In this document: one piece after another, positions 17,921 through 26,385 of the stretch
Layout: each line of letters begins with the position of its first letter
Position numbering within the stretch: the first letter of the stretch is position 1
Assembly (NCBI GenBank): GCA_019658995.1
Contig: JAIFWN010000005.1
Location: 22,588 to 86,587 of the forward strand
From: Candidatus Parcubacteria bacterium
GTDB lineage: Bacteria > Patescibacteriota > Minisyncoccia > Phycocordibacterales > Zambryskibacteraceae
Reading direction: 5' to 3'
DNA length: 64,000 nt
Notes under the pieces: generated by a model
What the model was told of the DNA's origin: nothing
Seen by the model: only the letters and a program-made list of their open reading frames with translations
Databases searched by the model: none
Translations under genes and position numbers: made by a program

Positions 17921-18571
17921 GGAGAAGATGTGGACACTACTCAGGTGGCAAACGAGTTGACGAGTGAGAATTTCTTTCAGTTAGGGAGAGACCTTGTCAT
18001 CCGCGTGCGCGTGGACAGGCTTGTAAACTTGCGGGAAGTGGAGACCCGGACGACAATCCTCATGTTCGACATGGCCGCTGACGAACATACTAACGACCTT
18101 GTCGGTGTTATAGGCTATGAGCATCGCGAGCCCGAGCGCGACTATCTACCGCTGATCTTTGATCGAAATCTTGGAGCCTTAAAAGGCGACGCGCGAGAGG
18201 AGATCAACCGCTATATCGAAGAGTGGCAGAGATTCGAACATCCACTCTGGCTGGCCCGCCGTTCGATGGTAGCGGTCGAAGTCGAGAATGGCCTGGGTTA
18301 CGAGATGGATCCGCGATCAGCGCTTCTCGACATGCATTATGCACGCATGCACGGAGCTATCGGCGCCATGCTCCGATCCGGAGACAAGCTCTCCTCCACT
18401 GAAAAGCTTTTCAAAGAGCCATGGATGGCCTGTCACATCTACTACCATCTCGGCCGGATGCTCTCGTCCCGGTATTTCCCCGATCGAGAGAGGAGGAAGA
18501 ATGGACAGGAGCCGGCCGCAATGAAGCCGGTAAGGAAATTCGGTGATATCTTAGGAGCTCGCATTCTATAG
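17849..18571 (+). CDS. hypothetical protein (GC-rich ORF)
   Basis: 240 aa with no recognisable motifs. About 56% GC against ~45-48% in its neighbours. Divergent from the kinase gene. Possible internal starts at MPRQGEDVD and MFDMAADEH. Confidence 0.4.
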   Translation: MNSEFRASIPGAQYLQSRWLMPRQGEDVDTTQVANELTSENFFQLGRDLVIRVRVDRLVNLREVETRTTILMFDMAADEHTNDLVGVIGYEHREPERDYLPLIFDRNLGALKGDAREEINRYIEEWQRFEHPLWLARRSMVAVEVENGLGYEMDPRSALLDMHYARMHGAIGAMLRSGDKLSSTEKLFKEPWMACHIYYHLGRMLSSRYFPDRERRKNGQEPAAMKPVRKFGDILGARIL

Positions 18572-18592
18572 CGAGTTCTTTTTATTATTTTG

Positions 18593-18665
18593 GGTGCCTA
18601 TCGGGAGTCGAACCCGAACTGCGAGTTCCACAAACTCGTGTGCTAACCGCTACACCATAGGCACC
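18593..18665 (-). tRNA. tRNA-His (anticodon GTG) with encoded G-1
   Basis: Reverse complement: G-GTGCCTA-TG-GTG-TAGCGGTTAG-CAC-A-CGAGT-TTGTGGA-ACTCG-CAGT-TCGGG-TTCGACT-CCCGA-TAGGCAC-C. The 8-bp acceptor stem includes G-1:C73. Anticodon loop is UUGUGGA. Confidence 0.9.
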
Positions 18666-18693
18666 ATCACACCTTTTATACCATTAAATCAAG

Positions 18694-18717
18694 AAAAAGG
18701 CCGCTCAACGAGCGGCT
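18694..18717 (-). terminator. intrinsic terminator overlapping the stop codon of the 18705-19301 gene
   Basis: Minus-strand reading: GCCGCTC-GTTG-AGCGGCC followed by TTTTTCTTG. The TGA stop lies in the hairpin loop. Confidence 0.5.
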
Positions 18718-19301
18718 TTGTATTCGGCGGCGCACTTGCCGCACTGGTTGGCAGGTACGATCTGCATGGGAGTGACCGGCCAGTCACCCGCCGCATTCAT
18801 ATCGTTATCCCGGACCAATCTCCACAGCAGACCCTGCTCTTCCCATTTGTTGATGAATGGGCAGAAGAGCGCATGATCCGGAGGCAAGGCATAGTTGTAA
18901 CCCCTCACAAGCCATACCACATTCTCGCGCTTGAATTTCTCGAGGACTCCTTCCTTCATGAACCCGCGATAGCCCATAGTGATGATGCGCAGAGCCCATA
19001 CGAGAGTAAGCTGGTTCACGCGACTGAGAGAAACCTGACTCTCCCTCCGTATGAGCGGCTCCCTGTGTATGGTCAAAGCTATCGTCACGTTACCCGGAGA
19101 CACCTGCTTGCCCGGTCCGTACTCCAGATTCTCCGATATGAAAGACCCGACACGGAGTCCGAACTCTTCCCGATCCGCCCTGTTCTTCTCAGCCCCGTTG
19201 GCAGGATTGAATCTATACTGCGCGGCGAGGCGCAGGAGCTCCGCCGGGATATCCGAGAGTATCGGCACATGCAGGGCCTGCGGTTTTATTGCCATGGCCA
19301 T
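18705..19301 (-). CDS. hypothetical protein with a C-terminal CxxC pair
   Basis: 198 aa, GC-rich, with no recognisable family. C-terminus is ...PANQCGKCAAEYKAAR. Confidence 0.45.
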   Translation of the reverse strand: MAMAIKPQALHVPILSDIPAELLRLAAQYRFNPANGAEKNRADREEFGLRVGSFISENLEYGPGKQVSPGNVTIALTIHREPLIRRESQVSLSRVNQLTLVWALRIITMGYRGFMKEGVLEKFKRENVVWLVRGYNYALPPDHALFCPFINKWEEQGLLWRLVRDNDMNAAGDWPVTPMQIVPANQCGKCAAEYKAAR

Positions 19302-19437
19302 AAAATCTCCTCCAAGAACATTCCTGGTTCATAGTATAACGAAGACCGGCCGGAGTGGTTGTTTATAACTCATCAAGAAACAAGGAGGTGCGGCTGTCCA
19401 TTGGTCCCGCTTGTAAATTACAGCCCCGCAAACTTAT

Positions 19438-19523
19438 TGGTGCGCGGGAGAGGACTCGAACCTCCACACCCAGAGGGCGCTACCACCTCAAGGTAGTGCG
19501 TCTACCAATTTCGCCACCCGCGC
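19438..19523 (-). tRNA. tRNA-Leu (anticodon GAG), CCA encoded
   Basis: Reverse complement: GCGCGGG-TGGCGAAATTGGTAGACGCA-CTACC-TTGAGGT-GGTAG-(long variable arm CGCCCTCTGGGTGTGG)-AGGTTCGAGTCCT-CTCCCGCGC-ACCA. Confidence 0.9.
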
Positions 19524-19550
19524 GATGCCCACACACTAACAAGAAAACGG

Positions 19551-19991
19551 CTATGCTTCAACAGGAGTTTCTGCGGCTTCAGGAGACTCGGGAGTTTCGG
19601 TAGCGAAGCGTTCATTACGCATCTGGCGGCGGATTTCTTTAGCGGCTTTCTCGCGGATGTGGTAGAGCTTGGCGCGTCGGACCTTAGAGCGCTTGATGAT
19701 CTCGACCTTGTCGATCATCGGAGAGTAGAGGGGGAAAATCTTCTCGACGCCGACTCCGGAGGCTACGCGGCGAACAGTGAAGGTTGCGCCGGCTTCAGAG
19801 CCGTGCTTACGGGCGAGGACAAGGCCCTCGAAGCTCTGGAGGCGGGTCTTGCCTTTCTCCATGATCTTCTGCCAGACGCGTACGGTATCGCCGGCTCTGA
19901 GGTCGAGCTTGGCGCGGTCTTCTATTTTTACCGGTGAAATTACCCTTGTAGGCATCTTATTTATTGCTTTGTTGAAGCACCAATCTAACAC
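19551..19991 (-). CDS. rplS: 50S ribosomal protein L19
   Basis: [83 protein letters not shown] is the canonical L19 core. Likely start is MPTRVISP at 19955. Confidence 0.9.
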   Translation of the reverse strand: MLDWCFNKAINKMPTRVISPVKIEDRAKLDLRAGDTVRVWQKIMEKGKTRLQSFEGLVLARKHGSEAGATFTVRRVASGVGVEKIFPLYSPMIDKVEIIKRSKVRRAKLYHIREKAAKEIRRQMRNERFATETPESPEAAETPVEA

Positions 19992-20006
19992 AGCTTTTTA
20001 CAAATG

Positions 20007-20035
20007 AAAAGGCGTTCCGATTATGTCGGAACGCC
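20007..20035 (-). terminator. intrinsic terminator between the 20053-20574 gene and rplS
   Basis: 10-bp stem GGCGTTCCGA/TCGGAACGCC with loop TTATG. On the minus strand it is followed by TTTT. Confidence 0.6.
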
Positions 20036-20052
20036 CATTGTGCTGAAACGCA

Positions 20053-20574
20053 TTAAACCGAGACGGCAGCCAGAAGATTCGGTATCCTGAAATCGATCTC
20101 CCTCATGAACTCTTCGACTACCTCGTCCGTCAAATCCTCTGTCCTGTCGAACTTCGGATCCGGACAAGTCAGGCGGATTGTCGGTACTACACCCTCTGAC
20201 CAGAGACAAACCATAGCAATACGCCGACACATCTGTTTGTTACCGTCCTGGTAATTCTCACAGATATTGATGGCGTACCAATCTGGTGTTTTGTAATCCC
20301 AGTCGACTACCAAGTTCGGATTCTTCTTCATCTTCGCTTCGATGAGGAACCGATTCTTGATGCGATTCCCCCTATTTCTGATTGTACTGCGACACTGTTC
20401 CAACAGTCGATTCGCACGGTCAGTTGCGACGGGTTCCTTGTGCTGCGAACGTCGTCCTAGAACATACATGATCGAGCAAAGCGCGACTTCGGCTACTACG
20501 GAGAGCAAAAGCCATGAAATGTAGGACATCTTGCCTCTTGCGTTGAACTGCTTGAAGGAGAATGCCTTCAACAT
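20053..20574 (-). CDS. hypothetical membrane-anchored protein
   Basis: 173 aa. One N-terminal TM (MSYISWLLLSVVAEVALCSIMYVL), then a Cys-containing soluble domain. No family assignment. Confidence 0.4.
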   Translation of the reverse strand: MLKAFSFKQFNARGKMSYISWLLLSVVAEVALCSIMYVLGRRSQHKEPVATDRANRLLEQCRSTIRNRGNRIKNRFLIEAKMKKNPNLVVDWDYKTPDWYAINICENYQDGNKQMCRRIAMVCLWSEGVVPTIRLTCPDPKFDRTEDLTDEVVEEFMREIDFRIPNLLAAVSV

Positions 20575-20614
20575 ACGGAGGAATTCTGGTACCTCTGTTT
20601 ACCATCTTTTTATA

Positions 20615-21361
20615 TTATACTCCTATTTTAGTATTTGTCAATGCTTGTTCGAAATCCTTTGGATATGGGGCTACAACTATATGTTTTTGGCCCTTTGTAT
20701 CTGTGAAAGTAATTTCCTTGGCATGGAGAGCCAATCGGTCAAAACCCAGAAGTGATTCCTTTTTGCTGGCATAGAGCTTGTCGGATACTACTGGATGGTG
20801 CAAAGCTTTGAAGTGCACGCGAATCTGGTGAGTGCGGCCGGTCTTGGGTTTAGCTTCAATGAAAGTCCAACCGTCACCTCTTGCGAGCACTCTATAGTAT
20901 GTGAGAGCTTCCTTCTTATCTCCCTTCGCTCCCCGCTCGGCACTACGCTTGCGGAAGTCGGAATTACTTTTGCCTATCGGCAAGTTGATACTGCCGTGAT
21001 CTTCCTTGAGGTTGCCGTAGAGGAATGCGTGATAAATCTTATCAATCTCGTGATTTTGAAATTGCTCCTTGAGGCATGCATGTCCCTCCTTGGTTTTAGC
21101 TAAGAGGAGAACTCCCGAAGTCTCGCGGTCTATGCGATGCACTACCCCGGAGCGCTCGATATTTCCGAGAGGTTCACCCACATCCTTTGATTCAGGATAT
21201 TTTTCTACGAACCAGCTACTTACGCTCGGCTCCTTGGTCCGGCCGTCAGAATGCACGACTAACCCCGCCGGTTTATTGACGGCTAAGATGTCATCGTCCT
21301 CATATAATATTTCCGGTGCCATATCTTGCAATTGTGAGCATGGGGAGACTCGAACTCCCAA
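20615..21361 (-). CDS. RluA-family pseudouridine synthase
   Basis: HRIDRETSGVLLLAKT (catalytic Asp motif) and GRTHQIRVH. Likely start is MAPEILYEDDDILAVNKPAG at 21322. The longer track ORF would overlap tRNA-Leu. Confidence 0.85.
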   Translation of the reverse strand: MGVRVSPCSQLQDMAPEILYEDDDILAVNKPAGLVVHSDGRTKEPSVSSWFVEKYPESKDVGEPLGNIERSGVVHRIDRETSGVLLLAKTKEGHACLKEQFQNHEIDKIYHAFLYGNLKEDHGSINLPIGKSNSDFRKRSAERGAKGDKKEALTYYRVLARGDGWTFIEAKPKTGRTHQIRVHFKALHHPVVSDKLYASKKESLLGFDRLALHAKEITFTDTKGQKHIVVAPYPKDFEQALTNTKIGV

Positions 21362-21416
21362 CCCTTACGGGATACGCTTCTGAGACGTACGCGTATACCA
21401 ATTCCGCCACATGCTC
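21335..21416 (-). tRNA. tRNA-Leu (anticodon CAG)
   Basis: Reverse complement: GAGCATG-TGGCGGAATTGGTATACGCG-TACGT-CTCAGAA-GCGTA-(long variable arm TCCCGTAAGGGTTGG)-GAGTTCGAGTCTC-CCATGCTC-A. Confidence 0.88.
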
Positions 21417-21455
21417 GTACACAGAGAATACAACATATGTTAGTATCGTTCCATC

Positions 21456-21528
21456 GGGCGATTAGCTCAGTTGGTAGAGCAACTCTTTTACACAGAGAAG
21501 GTCACAGGTTCGAGTCCTGTATCGCCCA
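21456..21528 (+). tRNA. tRNA-Val (anticodon TAC)
   Basis: GGGCGAT-TA-GCTC-AGTTGGTA-GAGC-A-ACTCT-TTTACAC-AGAGA-AGGTC-ACAGG-TTCGAGT-CCTGT-ATCGCCC-A. Confidence 0.88.
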
Positions 21529-21534
21529 CAAATC

Positions 21535-21559
21535 AAAAACCGCCATCCGGCGGTTTTTG
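21535..21559. terminator. bidirectional intrinsic terminator after tRNA-Val and the convergent DUF4383 gene
   Basis: AAAAA-CCGCC-ATCC-GGCGG-TTTTTG, a symmetric A-run / stem / T-run arrangement. Confidence 0.6.
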
Positions 21560-21578
21560 TATACATGTTCAAGCTATC

Positions 21579-21962
21579 TTACATCTGGCCCATAGCCATC
21601 GATGGCGACGAATCCCTGGACATTCCTCCCCAGAGGAAAAGAGCGGCCAGAACGAGATTCAGCCAATTATCAGCACCGTTGACTGTAATCAGCCCGAGCA
21701 CCGAGTCTCCCGAGAAGAACCCGACGACAGCCATCAGGAGATACACAACGCCGAATACCTTGAGGACCATGGCACTCTTGTGTACCGCCCCGTACGCTAC
21801 CCATAGGAATATGACACCGGAGATGAGATGTACGATGTTGTGCGCCGTATCAGCCATGAAGATCGCGCCAGGAGCTCCGCTTATTATCGGATTACTGAAG
21901 AAACCCAAGACTCCGAAAACTACGAAGATCCAGCCGAACACCAATGCAAATTTCTTTGCCAT
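21579..21962 (-). CDS. DUF4383-like small membrane protein
   Basis: 127 aa with 4 TM helices. The MAKKFALVFGWIFVVFGVLGFF...HNIVHLISGVIF pattern resembles the DUF4383 family. Confidence 0.5.
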   Translation of the reverse strand: MAKKFALVFGWIFVVFGVLGFFSNPIISGAPGAIFMADTAHNIVHLISGVIFLWVAYGAVHKSAMVLKVFGVVYLLMAVVGFFSGDSVLGLITVNGADNWLNLVLAALFLWGGMSRDSSPSMAMGQM

Positions 21963-22038
21963 AAGTTGCTAAATTGATTAATTAATTACACTCGCACAAC
22001 AAAATTATACCTTGTAAAGAGATATGATAAGATACGAC

Positions 22039-22110
22039 TGTTGATAGCGCCTCCATAGCTCAATGGATAGAGCAGCGCTCTTCTAAGGCGTTGATGTGGG
22101 TTCGATTCCT
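22039..22110 (+). tRNA. tRNA-Arg (anticodon TCT)
   Basis: GCCTCCA-TA-GCTC-AATGGATA-GAGC-A-GCGCT-CTTCTAA-GGCGT-TGAT-GTGGG-TTCGATT-CCTGC-TGGAGGC-A. The anticodon and T stems each contain two G-U pairs. Confidence 0.8.
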
Positions 22111-22162
22111 GCTGGAGGCACCCTAAAAGTAAGAAAGAGGGCCAATAAGCGTCTTTTTTGGC

Positions 22163-22966
22163 ATGACAAACGCCAGAGATTTGGCTAAGTTTGCAATACT
22201 CATCGGCCTCTTCGGGATCCTTTCAGACTCCATGATCGGACACGCTCTCATGTGGGAAAACGATCCTTACTGGACATACTGGATCACAAAAACGGCTCTT
22301 ATAACCACGGTCTTCGCCCTCGGTACGGCCTGGCTCGGCAGCGGGTACGGCAAGGGTGCCATAATCACCCTCGTCCATACAATAATTCTCACTGTTTATT
22401 ACTGGACGTTTTCTCCTGTCGGCCTTCCCGATGAACCCAAGTGGCTCGACCTCAGCCATACTTGGGTTACTGGTATTCCGATACACTTCCTCGTTATATA
22501 TATCGGTTACGCTATCGCTCTCTGGCTCTGGCGGAAAACTCATACCAATGAGAATTTCGATTCCGCGGATGCCCGCTCTGCGGCAAGCCGGGCCGTAATC
22601 GGCGCTGTTCTCATCTCCGTAGTCTCAGGCATACTCTCGAGTCTGCTTTTGGGAGAATTCGTCGGTGTAACCTGGTTTATTACCAGGATTCTCATCATCT
22701 TTCCTTTCCTCCTGTTCTGGTACGGCTATCTTGAGGGCAGATATCTGGCCTTCGGCAGTCTCATTTTGACTCTTGTACTCACCGGATACAGCCATTACCT
22801 TTCGCCATTGGGACTCCCCGGCGAGTGGCGCCTCTTTGAAAACTTCATGCCGGTCACCATCCCCCGCTGGTTAGATTATGGCGAGCTCTGGCTCAGACAA
22901 TTCCCATCATACCTTGTCTCTTCTGCGGCAGGGCTCTGGCTGCTGGCGAGGAAAAACTTCAAATAG
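22163..22966 (+). CDS. polytopic integral membrane protein, unknown function
   Basis: 267 aa with ~8 predicted TM helices, rich in W/Y/F. No family assignment. Confidence 0.45.
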   Translation: MTNARDLAKFAILIGLFGILSDSMIGHALMWENDPYWTYWITKTALITTVFALGTAWLGSGYGKGAIITLVHTIILTVYYWTFSPVGLPDEPKWLDLSHTWVTGIPIHFLVIYIGYAIALWLWRKTHTNENFDSADARSAASRAVIGAVLISVVSGILSSLLLGEFVGVTWFITRILIIFPFLLFWYGYLEGRYLAFGSLILTLVLTGYSHYLSPLGLPGEWRLFENFMPVTIPRWLDYGELWLRQFPSYLVSSAAGLWLLARKNFK

Positions 22967-22969
22967 AAT

Positions 22970-23269
22970 TTATATCGACGGGTCTGGTGCTGTTTCCGCA
23001 GTATTTTGCAGAGTCTTGAATTCAGAAACTTTTTTGTCGTAGTAGAGGGCGGTCTTGCGGAGCAGGTCCAGGTCTACGGGCATGCTGTTATCAAATTCTC
23101 CAGACTCGCCGTCTTTGAGGCTGTAAAAAACTTCGGCGCTCAATACTCCCGCAATCAGAACCAGTATCAGAAAGAGTGAGAACATCACCTTCCAGTCGGC
23201 TTCCGGCGAACTTCCCCATCCGAGAAGGCGGCCATGGTTTTTGTATGTGTTTTTGGCGAGATTGGTCAT
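22970..23269 (-). CDS. small membrane protein, last gene of the pilMNO operon (PilP-like position)
   Basis: 99 aa, a single TM (VMFSLFLILVLIAGVLSA). Start overlaps the pilO stop. Confidence 0.35.
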   Translation of the reverse strand: MTNLAKNTYKNHGRLLGWGSSPEADWKVMFSLFLILVLIAGVLSAEVFYSLKDGESGEFDNSMPVDLDLLRKTALYYDKKVSEFKTLQNTAETAPDPSI

Positions 23270-23787
23270 TGTGCTTCCGGTAAAGTAGTCAGCCTCATAG
23301 TCGATGACGTTTCCCAGACTTGGCCTTCCTTTGTGATCCTGGATTCATCGATATAGATTTTATGCGGAAGGTTTTCCAAAAGACGTATAAAAGCGAGTGA
23401 TGAAGCCCATGGGCCGCTCGTTGTTACGGTCATATTAACCGTCTCGGGACTACTAGTCGATATGCTTGAAGCGTCACTCTTTACCGAGGTGACGACAACG
23501 GACAGATTCATGGACCTGCCGGTCTTTTCCAAGAGATCGATGAGAGTTATAAGCTTTGTCCTGGTCAGTTTGGCATCATCAAGGATGCGGACGCTGTCCC
23601 TTTCGTTCACCTGAACGGAACGCGCATTCCTGGTCCAGGCATCATTGCCGGAACGGGTGTCGGCCTCGGCGAGCATTTCTCCGGCCTCAGCCGAAGTCAT
23701 CTTTATATACGAAAGCTCAGCCATCACCCCAAGAGCAAGAAGGGCGGAAATGAAAACAAGAACAGTCAGTCTGGTTTTCGAATTCAT
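23266..23787 (-). CDS. pilO: type IV pilus assembly protein PilO-like
   Basis: N-terminal TM, a coiled-coil segment, then a ~100 aa periplasmic domain. Translationally coupled downstream of the pilN-like gene. Confidence 0.5.
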   Translation of the reverse strand: MNSKTRLTVLVFISALLALGVMAELSYIKMTSAEAGEMLAEADTRSGNDAWTRNARSVQVNERDSVRILDDAKLTRTKLITLIDLLEKTGRSMNLSVVVTSVKSDASSISTSSPETVNMTVTTSGPWASSLAFIRLLENLPHKIYIDESRITKEGQVWETSSTMRLTTLPEAQ

Positions 23788-23788
23788 A

Positions 23789-24460
23789 TCAGGATGAAAT
23801 GGTTAATGATATTTCGAAATCGATATTCGCATCTTTGGCAAGGTTATCAACCGGAAACTCAGCACTGCCAAAACTATCCAGCGTATCGAGATCGCTCTTG
23901 AAGAGGAGCAGGCTCTGCCTGTCCTTGGCGACACCCTTGATCTTAATAATAGATGCCCCGGCTGATCTCTGCCAGTAAAAATCCGTAATCTTAATGCCCG
24001 CTGATTTTACAGAAAGCACGGACCGGAAGTACTCATAAGGTCTGTCTGGGTCTGCAGATGCAAGAACTTTAAGCGTGGATCGGATTCCTGCCGCCCACTC
24101 CGAAAGTTCGTCTTTGTCTATGCTTACAGCCGTCGCGCTAGAACTGAGGGCAAGCACCGCCGCATCCCTTTTGCCTTTGGCTATGACAAGCGACGGCAGT
24201 AGGGCCAGAGCGGTAAAGGCCAGAAGAAGCGCGAAAAGTCCAAGTCCCGCACCTATGCGCCGGAAGGCATACTCCTTCCTGACTTTCTCTATGCCTGCCG
24301 GCGTCAGAAGCTTATACATATGCGTGTAAACTCTGAGGTAATGCCGCACCGATGGCCGTATCGAATCCGAGAGATGTATCAAAGGGCATATCGGGCAGTT
24401 TTCTTCCGGATAAAAACACGTTTGCCCAGACGTTCCCGAGAGCATATGGGGTCTCGACAT
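23789..24460 (-). CDS. pilN: type IV pilus assembly protein PilN-like
   Basis: MYKLLTPAGIEKVRKEYAFRRIGAGLGLFALLLAFTALALLP is the typical PilN N-terminus plus TM. Likely start is MYKLL at 24319, which avoids overlap with pilM. Confidence 0.6.
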   Translation of the reverse strand: MSRPHMLSGTSGQTCFYPEENCPICPLIHLSDSIRPSVRHYLRVYTHMYKLLTPAGIEKVRKEYAFRRIGAGLGLFALLLAFTALALLPSLVIAKGKRDAAVLALSSSATAVSIDKDELSEWAAGIRSTLKVLASADPDRPYEYFRSVLSVKSAGIKITDFYWQRSAGASIIKIKGVAKDRQSLLLFKSDLDTLDSFGSAEFPVDNLAKDANIDFEISLTISS

Positions 24461-25286
24461 CGCTCATGATGTTGGAAACAATGCGCTCATCGCTTGCATA
24501 CGGACCCGAGAGAACTACGTTCTCCACCGATCTGCCCGGTACTCCCCCGTGCTCGAGCCGGGTGTTCCAAAAGATGAAAAACTTCCTGATCTCGCTTTTG
24601 AGCGCGGCTACCGCCTCGGGAGTACCGCCTCCGGAGAGATCGGCAGATAAGGTGGAGCTGAACTGCACTACCTCATTATCGACTAGATACAGGCCGACTT
24701 TCCTCTCGCTGAGGTGGATTATAAGATGCGAACGCTCGTCTCCTCTCTTAACGAGCGCCCTGGCTACGGCCTGTGACTCGATATCGAAAGAAACCGGAGT
24801 CATACCTGCCGCCTCGAAAATCTCCATATAGGATTCCGCGATCTCTTGCGGCAATACGGAAACGGCGGCTTTCACTTGCGACTCCGCTTCCAGTATTTCG
24901 AAGGAAAAAAGAGATTTCGAAAGCGAGACCGGAGCGTTTTCTTCCACGGTGAAGGCTACGGCATCGTGTAAATCCCTGTACTCCACCTTGTCTACCGTTG
25001 TGGTGAAGAGATAAGCCTTTTCCTCAGGCAGCGTAGCGTTTACAAAACTGAAGCCATGTTCGTTGCGGAGTCTGCTCAAAACATCCGAGAGGACGGCTTT
25101 GTTCCCAATAGTCCCGCCTGAGATAACCCCTTCCGGAAGCGGAATCTCTCCGAATTTTTCCAGACGTAATCCCCCGCTTGCTCCGACCTTGAAGGAAACA
25201 AACTTAACCGCTCTCTCCGTGACGGAGACTCCGGCTTCTCTTAGTGTAAGAAATCTCGGAGGAGGAAAAAGATCAAAAAGCCTCAT
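24312..25286 (-). CDS. pilM: type IV pilus assembly protein PilM (actin-like ATPase fold)
   Basis: 324 aa with PilM/FtsA-like architecture (..LDIESQAVARALV..HLIIHLSERKVGLYLV..). First gene of a pilM-pilN-pilO block. Confidence 0.75.
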   Translation of the reverse strand: MRLFDLFPPPRFLTLREAGVSVTERAVKFVSFKVGASGGLRLEKFGEIPLPEGVISGGTIGNKAVLSDVLSRLRNEHGFSFVNATLPEEKAYLFTTTVDKVEYRDLHDAVAFTVEENAPVSLSKSLFSFEILEAESQVKAAVSVLPQEIAESYMEIFEAAGMTPVSFDIESQAVARALVKRGDERSHLIIHLSERKVGLYLVDNEVVQFSSTLSADLSGGGTPEAVAALKSEIRKFFIFWNTRLEHGGVPGRSVENVVLSGPYASDERIVSNIMSDVETPYALGNVWANVFLSGRKLPDMPFDTSLGFDTAIGAALPQSLHAYV

Positions 25287-25298
25287 CTTCTAAGTATA

Positions 25299-25625
25299 TC
25301 ACTTCACTTTTGTGCCTACCGGAATTTCTTCGCCGACGCGGAGGAGCGAGAACGAGTTTTCAGTAGATACAGCGAGAATCATTGCTTCGCTCGTCATCCC
25401 CATAAGCGGTCGCGGCTCAAGATTGGTAGCGAAGGCGCACTTTACTCCCACAAGAGACTGCGGATCTTCGAAATATTTGCGTATCCCGCTGACTACCAGC
25501 CTCGGATGTTCTTCTCCGAAATCGACCGAGAGTTTCAGGAGCTTCTCGCTTCCCTCCACGAGCTCAACAGACTTTATTTCGCCTACGCTTATCTCCGCTT
25601 TCTTAAAATCATCTATCGAGATCAT
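25299..25625 (-). CDS. tRNA-binding domain protein (CsaA/Myf-domain, EMAP-like)
   Basis: ISIDDFKKAEISVGEIKSVE...LKLSVDFGEE.PRLVVSGIRKYFEDPQSLVGVKCAFATNLEPRPLMGMTSEAMILA matches the OB-fold tRNA-binding domain consensus. Confidence 0.7.
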   Translation of the reverse strand: MISIDDFKKAEISVGEIKSVELVEGSEKLLKLSVDFGEEHPRLVVSGIRKYFEDPQSLVGVKCAFATNLEPRPLMGMTSEAMILAVSTENSFSLLRVGEEIPVGTKVK

Positions 25626-26041
25626 TGGTGTGTATCAATATAACTTTTTAATATGAGCGCCGCGGCCGATGCATCATGCATGTCGTTGTGCCCTTGCAGG
25701 CGCTCGGCTTCCATCGAAGTCAGGAGTTCGGGATGAAATTCGACTACCCGGCCGCGCTTTTTGAGCAGTGTGGCAAAATCTTTAGCCGGTGCGTGGATGG
25801 TGTTGGGGTTCCCCTTGAAATCCTTCGATTCGCCGATGATGATCTTTTCCGTCTTCCAGTCATCAGCCAGACGCTCGACCTCATCTACGAGCGAATCGCT
25901 GTTTTCTATAACTACCCTCGGCAATGCAAACTGACCCTCCTCGTCAGTGGAAGCGATACCCACTCTCTTCTCCCCGAAGTCTATGGCCATTAACCGCATC
26001 AGAGCATTATAGTACAATAGTGGAATGATTGACTGGATCAA
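25622..26041 (-). CDS. ruvX: Holliday-junction resolvase-like RuvX/YqgF
   Basis: MRLMAIDFGEKRVGIASTDEEGQFALP is the YqgF N-terminal motif. Likely start is MRLMAIDFG near 25999. Confidence 0.8.
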   Translation of the reverse strand: MIQSIIPLLYYNALMRLMAIDFGEKRVGIASTDEEGQFALPRVVIENSDSLVDEVERLADDWKTEKIIIGESKDFKGNPNTIHAPAKDFATLLKKRGRVVEFHPELLTSMEAERLQGHNDMHDASAAALILKSYIDTHQ

Positions 26042-26231
26042 TACTCATCCCCTGCTCGGCCTCCTTATCATCGCCTGGAGCGTAATATGGAAGGGCCTTG
26101 CCCTCTGGGAAGCTGCCAAGCGCAGAGAGAAGTACTGGTTCGTGGCCATACTCCTTCTCAATACCTTTGGAGTCCTCGAGATCATTTATCTACTTTTTAT
26201 AGCCAAAGCAGCTTGGTTGCGGAGGAGGTGA
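26025..26231 (+). CDS. small two-TM membrane protein (DUF5652-like)
   Basis: 68 aa. WKGLALWEAAKRREKYWFVAILLLNTFGVLEIIYLLF is the pattern of a short-membrane-protein family common in Patescibacteria. Confidence 0.45.
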   Translation: MIDWINTHPLLGLLIIAWSVIWKGLALWEAAKRREKYWFVAILLLNTFGVLEIIYLLFIAKAAWLRRR

Positions 26232-26304
26232 GATTCGAACTCACGGTCCCTTTCGAGACTCCTGTTTTCAAGACAGGTGCGATAGACCACTCTGCCACTC
26301 CTCC
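26220..26304 (-). tRNA. tRNA-Ser (anticodon TGA)
   Basis: Reverse complement: GGAGGAG-TGGCAGAGTGGTCTATCGCA-CCTGT-CTTGAAA-ACAGG-(long variable arm AGTCTCGAAAGGGACC)-GTGAG-TTCGAAT-CTCAC-CTCCTCC-G. Confidence 0.88.
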
Positions 26305-26385
26305 AATTGGCCCATTATAGGGCTTTTTAGCTGACTTGACAATCGCTAATATCTTTGATATAGCTAGAGAGTAGCGAGGGGGATA

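Noticed and set aside
19355-19603. 82-aa plus ORF across 19355-19603
   Set aside because: It overlaps tRNA-Leu(GAG) on the opposite strand and the rplS 3' end. The sequence is Arg-rich, typical of a frame reading through a tRNA gene.
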